NCBI RefSeq assembly: GCF_963853765.1 | Contig: NC_088854.1 | Coordinates: forward strand, 33,852,001-33,916,000 | Direction of reading: 5' to 3' | Length of the DNA: 64,000 nucleotides | From: Magallana gigas | Taxonomy: Eukaryota | Shown here: positions 54,572 through 64,000 of the stretch, piece after piece | Position numbering within the stretch: position 1 is the stretch's first letter | Layout of the letters: each line of letters opens with the position of its first letter | The notes under the pieces: model-generated | What the model was told of the DNA's origin: nothing | Database searches by the model: none | Seen by the model: the letters and a program-made list of their open reading frames with translations, nothing else | Made by a program: the position numbers and the translations under genes

Positions 54572-55712
54572 GAATGGGCTCATTTTCGTAGCTAAAAAAA
54601 TTCGCGGATAAACGCGTAACTTTCACTACATTACATGAAACTTTCACGAAACAACGCGTGTCTCTCGGTATCAAAAACACAATAACATTTCCCAAATACA
54701 CGCGTACCGAAGAAAACGCGTACTTTCGATATGTAAAGCGTTAGTTTCGCAAATAAACGCGTATCTATTGCGAATAAACGAGAAACATTCGCGAATAAAA
54801 GCATAACGTTTGCGGATAAACCCGAAACTTTCACAAATAAACGCGCACTTTGCATACGGAACGGGGAACAATATATAACGAATATTTTCGATATGTAACG
54901 CGTTATATTCGCAAATGAACGCGTAACTATTGCGTATAAACCAGAAACAATCGCGAATAAAATCGAATCAAAGCATAACATTTACAGTTAAACCCGAAAC
55001 TTTCTCAAATAAACGCGTACCTTCGCAAATAAACGCGCAAACTTTGCACTTTGCATACGAAACGGGGAACAATATATAACGAAGAATTTTTGATATTCTA
55101 TTTCTTTTTTTTAATTGGCTTACAATTAATAAACACCAAATATAAGGTTTGATTCACGTTATATTGTAAAATGTTCTATGATCATGTCATTAAGGATAGA
55201 TAAATTAAATTATTGATATTTAAGCATATTTCCCAAATTAAAGATATCTATATATTAGTACACATCCACAAGTCGGCGAAAATATCGAAAATATTGCTAC
55301 TATGAATTCATTGGCTTGATATAATTATCTTTTTGAAGTTTTATCAAATTTTATTTATATCAGTTTAAAAAGATAGAAGGTTCTATCGTTTTGGTAGCGT
55401 TAACGAATCTAAATACTCAGTATATAAATCAACGGAAAACGGAAATTATGACTTTTGTATTATTTTCGCATTCGTTTTCATTCAACGTTCCTGATAATGG
55501 TTCCTGTTTAAATTAACAATATTTATAATATTGTTTTACCGATAGTTTTGCGTTCATTCGCGATAGTATCGTATTTTTTGCCCCCCCCCCCCCCCCAAAA
55601 AAAAAATCCATCATATCGCGATAGTTTTGCGTTCACTTGCGAAAGTTACGCGTTAAAATTTGAAAGTCATGTGTTTACATGTATTTGATTACCTAAGAAA
55701 ATGAGCTCAGTG
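54572..55712. mobile_element. Foldback-like element with AAACGCGTAACTTTCGC-type subrepeats
   Basis: Left end TGGGCTCATTTTCGTAG is inverted to the right end CTAAGAAAATGAGCTCA. Many AAACGCG units lie in 54610-55040 and are inverted at 55540-55655. An internal duplication covers ~54810-54890 and ~54990-55095. Confidence 0.65.
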
Positions 55713-57108
55713 GGTTTTCGCATCATTGCGTGTTTAGCGCACAGGATTTAAAAAAAAATGCATGAGCTCACAATATTTGCAGATATTAATTATAATGAGA
55801 TAAAAATAAGGAAATAATCAAACAAACTATGGGCTACTAGTAAATAGGCATGTACGTCATAGAATGTCAATTTTTGTCAGAATGGATATAAATTTAGTGT
55901 TATAAGCAAAAGTATAAATCATGTTTATTGTTCTAATAAATAATTCATCAAAAGAAAACATTACTATGATTTGATGGCACATACTTCAATCGTTTGTTAG
56001 TTGTACAAAAGATACGATGAATTATTTAAAGCTCTGATGTAAGTTATAAATAATAAAGTTTTAATTGTTAAGTTAGGTAAATAAACATGGAAAGTACACG
56101 TAAATATGTATATTTTATATGAGTTTATCTTACATCAAAAATCCCTGAATCATTTTCGATATTGATCCTGCTGTGTCCGGATATTAAAAAAATTGTATAC
56201 AGTACAATTTATTCACCTCTAGGAAAACAAAATGAACATAAATAAACAATTCAATTCTTGAATGATGCATGTGTAATTTACGATTTCAACATGGATTGAA
56301 CATTATCAACAAAGCATCGGCTTCGAACAATATAAAATATAATAGAGGGTTCGTAAGAAAACATACTAATTTTTTTCAAGTCATTTAATAAAATCACAAA
56401 AAATCATAAATCCAATTAACTAAAAATAATTACTAGTATCATATCGATATTCATATAGTTATATCATGTTATATCAACATAAATCCTTGACTTGTCTATC
56501 GGGAAATACAATCATGTATTAGATTAAGTTTTGAAATTCATAGAATTTAATACAATCCACATAACTTTTTAAATAGTTATAAATAGATAAAGACAATTTT
56601 AAATTCTCAGAATTTTACAGCTTTCTATATCTATAACAAGTACGAATTTCGAGGGTTTTTTTTTTTTTTTGCAAAGTTTTCAAAGACAAGACAACGTTGG
56701 CGCTTCGAGAAAAAACAGTTGCTTCAATTCTTATATTTACCTCACTACTTATTTTAATAAATTATCATTTTATGCAGTTTCATAAGAAAGTCTAGACAGT
56801 AGTATCACTGTGTGTGGTTTGAGTGGAAAAAAATATCAAAAGGCAACCATTATTTAATTTATTCTTTGTATCATTTTCTTCCTACAGGGGTACTATGTTT
56901 GTTTTTAAACCATTTTAAGCTAGCTAGGTCACTCTATTGCCATTTTTCTTAATGATCATGCTTGATTGGTTTTCGAGTATTCAAAGATATGCAAATTACA
57001 ATTAACATGTACATTCTATAACCTACCGCGTATTGTTTATAGTGTTTTTGCAATAATTTTTTGGTTTGTTTTACTCGCTTACTTCGCGCAATTTTGTTTC
57101 TCTACTTT

Positions 57109-57355
57109 CAGGCGCGTAGCATTGTTTTGGAAGTTGAGTTGGGATTTATCCGAAAAACAGAAGAAAGAAAAAAATGAATCCCAAATCTTCAAAATCCTAC
57201 TCCGTGGTGGTTGTGGTTTATTTATTTCATCAATTTGTTAGGGCTCCCAGAAAAGTGGGAGGGGGGCTCCTTCATATAAATTCCATTTCTATATAAAAAT
57301 GCTAGAAAATAGTTTGCATTAAAGTAGAGGGGCCAGTCCCCCCCCCCCCCCCCAT
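57109..57355. mobile_element. Truncated copy of the 464-799 MITE family, just upstream of the C2CD2L-like gene
   Basis: CAGGCGCGTAGCATTG start, shared CCCAAATCTTCAAAATCCTA block and poly-C tract. Right TIR not seen. Confidence 0.65.
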
Positions 57356-57642
57356 GTCATTTTTTAAAGGAAATTCCCGATGCGTCTATTTTAAAATACT
57401 GTGACGTAAGTTCAAAATAAAAAAAAATCGATTCGAGGAGATTCCCCGAGTATTTGCAGCAGAGCTGAATGCGTAGACAAAAGACGCGCTGAAATTATTC
57501 GGGATAACTTCTACAGCAGAATATGGGAGTGAAGTTCAATTACAAGACATATCATTTTACAAGAAGTCGGTTCTGATTGGTTCCTATGGCTGATATCACA
57601 TTGAAGCTGATCTGGTATCGGCTAGGGGAGAGTTTCGACAAA

Positions 57643-58726
57643 ATGGCGAATGCGGGCCAGGGAATTACGGCTTGGTTGTTTTCAGACTGGGACGATAATT
57701 TGTTGGATGTTTTGCTTTTCGGATGGATTGGATGGGCAGTATTAGTCGTTATAATTGTCAATGCAGTGTTGACATTTTTCGGGCCCCTGAAACCCCGTGA
57801 TAGTTGGGACCAGAGCACAAGAGGGGTTCCAGGGACGATTGTAGTAGAGAAAACCGGAGCGGAATCCTGTCAGTGGTTGAACTCTGCTTTAAATTGGTTT
57901 TATTTACATTATGACAAATTTCCAGAGTTCGTGGACGCCTGGGTGTTGGGTTTGAACGAACAGACAACAAAACTTGGGGTAAGCATGCTAAATTCATGAA
58001 TGAAAGAAGGAAAACCGTCTTGCATTTTTCATGGGGACTGTCTCAAAATTCGAAATACATCTGTCAAGTACCGATAGTAAAAAAAATTATTAAAGTATTG
58101 TGATTTTACCATTCATGTTGGCGTATTGATTTTCTGCTATAAATGTTTTCCAGCATCTGCTCGTTTAATTAGAGATAAGGGTAGGTGTTAATAAATGTAA
58201 TACTAGTAACTGTAGGCCAATGCAGGTGTAGTATCTGCATATCATACATATTCTTTAGAGAAAATTGGCAGTTGTAGCCTTCATCCATAGTGTTAGATGA
58301 AGGTTATCCCTGCCCACTGCTCCAGAGTCCGAGAAAATATCTAACATAAAATTAAACTACAACACGTCATGTCAATGCAATCTCTGTATTTGTAAGTGCT
58401 ACAATCGTTGTATTTATGAATACCAACAACAGTTAACATATATAGTTAAAATTTACTGATAAGCATTTCAATTGAATTAATAAATTCTAGTTGATATAAC
58501 AATTCAGACTATGCAGTGTACTATAGCAATAAGAAGAGTATTCATATTTAGATGATTTTGTAATAAAATACATCAATTTGGTAAAGAAAAATTATAATAA
58601 TTTTGATTGTAGCTGACCAATAGGTAATTTACCTCTATGATTAGATGTGTAAGATTTGATCTTGTAAAAAATTGAAGTTTCCATATTTTTTATTTAGAGT
58701 TCAGGGATCTATTATAATACATCTTT

Positions 58727-58787
<61 letters not shown>

Positions 58788-61700
58788 GAGAGAGAGAGAG
58801 AGAAAGGAAGAAGCCCATTCCCTGGTATTTATTTATTGTGTGGCAGCAGGTACATTCCAAACCTGCTGTTGAAAATTAAATCACATTTCATCCTCTCTGA
58901 CAGAATAATTACACAAAGTTTCCATGGAAACAGTGATGTAGGATGCATTTGTTTGTAATTGTTTTGTTTGAGGGATTTTTAGGGTAAATTTCTCTTATCC
59001 CTTTCATGCCAGATTTTTATGACATAAGGCAAGAATAGGTTGATCATCCTGTTAATTAGAGAGGAATTTGTTAATGATTTAGAAAAAATATGTGCATGCA
59101 GTATTATTCTTGTGACTTTTGAAGATGTTCAGTTGCACAGATTCTGGCCCTTATAATGTTTAATAATTTTGATGCCATGTTTATACGTTCAATATGTTAT
59201 ATTTTTGTTTTCTAATGTAACCACAAAAATAAAAAACGCAGAATATGATTTTATACCTGTAAGTGTAAAAAATATAGAGCTTAAGAAAATACCCTTTATG
59301 CAATAGCCAGTTTAAGTTTTATACTGGTATTAGTCAGAGGAGATTAGCTATATTAACCTGTAAATTAACTTCTGTTTTGTGCAAGCTCATCAACAGTGGC
59401 TTAGAGAAAGAAGACTTTTGTTTAAAAATACACTGTAGTGCAATACACTAGCAAAGATTATCTTAGTTCAGTTACGACATGCATCTGCATGATGAAGATG
59501 ACTCAAGACATATATATCTGTAGGATATGAAATAAGGACGTTTCATCTGGTTTTTCTCTTTAGTAATGCATGAGAAGATAATGACTGTTCAGTTCATAAA
59601 TCAATTCTTTGAAAATTATATCTAAGACTAAAGCTGCCAGTTATAAAAAAAAAACCAACTTCATAAATGGGTATTATACATATAGATATAAAAAATATAT
59701 TTTGTCAGAGTAGTGCCAGCAAATTGCATATTTCTGTTAGCTGTCTTGCCTGTAAGTTTCGATCTACTAGTATATTTGCTAAGTCATCTATCAAATAAAA
59801 ATGTAGTCAAATTTTTAAAATTTTTTACCCCTCTATTGCTGTAGTTTGTTTCTGTAACAAACAAGCAAATAGACTGATAATGACGATTGATTCTTATTAC
59901 ATGTAAATAATGTGATTGTACATATATGTATATAGATCAAATGAATCAGATTAAAAATGATTTGCCAAGGACATGGAACATTTATTTTCAATGTAAATGG
60001 ACTATATTAATAAAAATTTGCAAAAAATCAAAATTGCATAATATATCATGTATAACTAAGTACATGTGTTTATGAATCAATGATCATACTGCCCGTACTG
60101 TAGTACGCGGCATGATCCAAACTATAACCTTTGATCTGAGGTTGACCCCATGTTGTGAGGATATTCATTAATAATGAATAGATAGTACTGTTTGCCAGCT
60201 AGTATAAACATCAGTACCAGAAGACTGAATATGATATATATGTACCGGTATATAAGTTCCTCATTGTCTGCTCATCAAGGTATATAAGTTCTTCATTGTC
60301 TGCTCATCAAACGTCTGCCAGGGAGATCTTGGCCCATTATTGAGGAGCAAGCTGTACCAAATGCACAACTGTGCAAATTCCTTGGGGAGATAGAGAATTC
60401 AGAGTGTTTAGATAGATGAGGAGGTGTTTCTTCTATTAAAAGGAACTGCACATGGTTCTGATGCAACCCAAAGGGTATCTGGGTTTTGGGGTTATTTATT
60501 GATCAAAGAATTTTGGTTGGAAGCCATGGTTTGAGCCTTTAATACAATTACATTAATGAATCTATACAATGTATATGGACTAAATATTGTACACTAGCTC
60601 ATATTGCATCTTTTATTTTCATGTAGAAAAAACATCTCTGCATCTTATTGCCCTTTTAACTTAAAGAAGAGCAATCAATACAGCAAAGGATTTTTTTTAC
60701 ATTAATTACTAAAGAAAATGATACCTATGGTTTATACCTAATGGTCTGATCTTGCTGGTACTCAGATAAAATTTATTAAGGCAAAATTACCTTCATATCC
60801 ATTAGCGAAAACAGAACAGTTGGTTTGAAGTGGTAAGAGATGAGATAGTGATAGCCTATTATCATTAAAAGTATCATATATACCAGCTTTATGTGCAAAT
60901 CTTTAGCCATTTACACATTTTGGCTTGGTCTAATCTTATATCAGTTTCTTTACTCTAGCTATACATTAAAATAGTGCACAGTATTTTAGAGCTGTTCAAT
61001 TTTTTACTCTGAAAGTCTGCATCAGTATACTGTATTGCAGGCTTTGTTTTTGTGCATTGAAATGTTTTGTCAACTCACATAAGAAAATGATACTATCACC
61101 AAAATACAGTAGAATTTAAAGAGTCAATCAGTAGCTAACCGTTTCAAATTGGCCCTGTTTGAAATTCTCCCACTTACAATGGAGGAGAATGGAGTGAAAA
61201 CAGAAGAAAAGGAATGAAAATTTTACTGTTTATGAAATTATAACATATTGTTTTACTTGCCCGAGCACTTTCAGTACTTTGATTTTCCTTTCAGGGACCA
61301 GTACAGTTGAGGTTTGAGAGAGTCAAGTCCGGCAGTCTGCCACCTAAGTTCAGTGAGGTGACTTTCCAAGCTGGCCCCGAGGACAAATATGTGAGTATAT
61401 TTTAGGCTTGTTTAAACAGAGGATCACAAACTCAGGGGTGTGTGCATCTCTGCTGACCACAGCATGTATATATAGTCTGTAAGCCTACGCAAATCAGTGT
61501 ACTCAAATTTAATAGGCATCTCTTAAATCAACACAAAAGGAGCTAAAATACAATTTGCACTAGATAAATTATTTATACAGTGTCTGACAGTGACCAAAGG
61601 TTCCTTAGGAACATTGGCTTCCTTAAAATAGCACTGTGTAACCCACCTGTTAAGATTAAGGAGAAATTGTTGTTTAAAAAAATAAGCAAACCAGTATTTT

Positions 61701-63074
61701 CAATTTTCGGTGTTACATCATAGATTGAAGTACACAAACCTTAATCTAATGAAATAAAAGATATCTACGGCACATAATGGATTATATTTACCCACTGGGG
61801 TTGTCTTTTAAACTGACAATGAAAGACGAATCAATAAACAGCAAATTCAAAAAACCTAAAGACTCACTGTATAATAATTATAAAATCACTTGTTTGAAAC
61901 TTTAAATATTAATTACATGTATTATGAAAGTGAGATATTTTAAAATATATATATAGCTTTATCCTCTGACCAAAATAATGCATGACTAAGAGAAGTACAT
62001 GTAATTGACAAGTCATAATTTGGAAATGTATATATATGTATTACATGTATGGATTCATGCTTTTGACCATTTACTAATTCACCATTTTTGTACATGGTTA
62101 TCTTTTGTTAAAGTATACATATATACCTTAAACCTGTTACTTATGGTCATTAAGATCTATCATTTGAGTACAACTGTATCGAAAACCTACATGTACGTAA
62201 TGTATATACCTGGTACATGTATAGACTTATTTAAGGTCAGATGATTTTATAACAACTAGCATTTATACACATCATACCAAAAAAAATGTGTTATATGGGA
62301 GAGTTATTGAACAAAACATCTGTGTCATGGATCCAATGGCCAGTGGCTCAGCTTCATCATTAAGCTCTGTCTAATCCCCCAGGAATCCCCTATCTGTCAG
62401 CAGATGTGTGACATGTTTTGTAATCTGTACACATTGTAGAAGCCTTATGCTGTCAATTTTCTTGGCTTTTGCCATTCTGACAGACATGATCAGATTTAAA
62501 TTGCCACTTCTCCACTGTCAAATGAGTTTCTCCGTACAAAGTAGACAAAAAAAAACCCAGCTTGTTGTTGTTGAAACAGTTATTGAAATGTGTCACAAAT
62601 TGTAGAAATTGTTCCATCAATTTTTAATATTTTGCATGGATTTTGCACAATTTGCCCTTATGTGTTTGTAAGTGAATAAAGGCATTTCTTTTCTACTGGG
62701 TACTTTTTAAATTATATTAATTTTTACTGTACAATATAAATGATGTTAATTTTCCGTGGTTGTCCGCAAAGAGTCGCCAAAGTTCTCTTTCTTACTTAAA
62801 TGTTGGAGAACCTTCAAGTACAATGTATTTCATAGCTGGAACACACAGTGCAATGGTTACATTATGATTAAAGAAATGACAAGTCATTGAATCTTTTATA
62901 GGACAGTCAGGTGGAAGGAGTGTTGTCCTGTACTGTTATGTGGTTTGTTTGTAGGTTGTCAAGTGCAAGGTGGACTCCAAAGACCTGTCATTTGCCATTT
63001 TTGCTTCCCAGCAGACTTCAGAAGGCGTTAAGCTCACCAACTTGACCACGAGCATACTCAAGCTGAAAGGCTCG
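57643..63074 (+). CDS. C2CD2L: C2CD2L/TMEM24-like phospholipid transfer protein (N-terminal TM plus SMP domain), first three exons; continues beyond the window
   Basis: Exons 57643-57978, 61295-61390, 62955-63074 (all phase 0). TM segment LLFGWIGWAVLVVIIVNAVL, SMP entry ESCQWLNSALNWFYLH...WVLGLNEQ, then VQLRFERVKSGSLPPKFSEV. An in-frame ATG at 57586 is an alternative start. C2CD2 versus C2CD2L cannot be separated here. Confidence 0.78.
58731..58803. repeat. Interrupted (GA)n microsatellite
   Basis: GA run with a few G insertions, in intron 1. Confidence 0.95.
58918..58931. promoter_or_regulatory. Perfect palindromic X-box GTTTCCATGGAAAC in intron 1
   Basis: Exact RFX-type palindrome; function not shown. 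Confidence 0.35.
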
Positions 63075-64000
63075 GTGAGTGAAGGGCCAGGGACAAATTT
63101 CTATCAATCGTGTTCTGCTGATGTTGTTGTTCTATCTATATGAGCTGTATTTTTTAGAATTTTATTTTGCTGTAAAAACCTGCTAGTATGATAAGTCTGC
63201 ATATAACTTAAACTTTTATGATAAATAAGGTTGGAAAAAATCATTAATTTTCGTCAGAGAAATGATATCTCTTCTAAGGAACATATAGCAAATCAATTTT
63301 TGTACAGGACGACAATGAATAATTCAGTTTTGCTCCAATTAAGGCTCCTTAACGGCCTTTTTTCACAAAAATTTGGCGAAAAGAAATTTAAAAACCATGA
63401 TAGTATTGTCATTTTAGTAGAAAATAGCATTTTCGTTAAAAAAAAAATTTCATCATGAAAATTGCAGCTCATATTGCTTTAAAATTCTTTGTCCCTTAAT
63501 TACATTGTATATCCTAGCCAAGTTCTAACGAAGTAAAGGAGTTCTTTTGATGATTGAAACTACAATAGTGTTTTACCCCATGGTAGATATTAAGACAAAT
63601 AAGCAAGTGAACGTCACAATCTATCTGGGCTACAAAAGATCAATTTTGTTCTCAAAGAAAAGTTCTCTATCAATGCAAACAAAGAGGTACAAAGATTTAA
63701 TTCTTACAACAATGCAAGCCTCAGATCTCATCTTGTCAGAGCTGTGTATCTTGTTAACTATAAACAAAGTGCTCCAAGTAGTGCTCATATATATATATCA
63801 TCTCCTGTTTTTATAATTACACAGCTTTTGAAATTACATAATTTGTTGGGAGCTTTTCACTTGCTCGAGAAAATAGAGGAAGATAACGCTTATTTTTTTT
63901 CAGTGTAGGATTATTAGACTTGGCTTTCAGTGAATAAATGAACTTGAACAGCCAATTTCAGATTGGATCAATTTAGATGTATGGTAAACGTTGAAATGCA

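Noticed and set aside
54269-54981. ORFs of 66-116 aa
   Set aside because: AT-rich filler, or translation of the foldback subrepeats.
58672-58872. RE-repeat ORF
   Set aside because: Translation of a (GA)n microsatellite in an intron.
1-64000. tRNA, rRNA or autonomous transposase/RT genes
   Set aside because: I found no cloverleaf, rRNA-like sequence or transposase/RT motif by eye; a tRNAscan-SE/Infernal/RepeatMasker run would be needed to exclude degenerate copies.

Overview
AT-rich, intron-rich eukaryotic DNA. The MITE, poly-G/C and Helentron-satellite repeat landscape suggests a bivalve, probably an oyster (inference). I rebuilt the genes by hand by chaining GT-AG exons with consistent phases. 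Four conserved genes are present: guanylate kinase GUK1 (minus, 8 exons, with an N-terminal extension that looks like a mitochondrial presequence), SUCO (minus, 22 exons, ~1334 aa), CCDC153/DRC12 (plus, 6 exons, head-to-head with SUCO) and the 5' part of a C2CD2L/TMEM24-like gene (plus, runs off the window). The accessory region between them (30-56 kb) holds four further items. (i) A 141-aa protein made of a death-effector-like domain (DED) plus a C-terminal RHIM/cRHIM-like motif (NARNITVNGGHVTFG). (ii) A tandem paralog whose DED is destroyed but whose motif exon is intact and conserved at the protein level; it may encode a 52-aa motif-only peptide. (iii) A 103-aa three-exon orphan gene with a hydrophobic segment. 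(iv) A secreted protein built from three phase-1 Cys-rich VWC-like exon modules. The region also contains many MITEs, near-perfect hairpins and a Helentron-type element carrying a ~177-bp satellite. The best novelty candidate is the DED plus RHIM-like pair, a possible amyloid-based death/immune adaptor and decoy. No database searches could be run, so all family assignments come from motif recognition.
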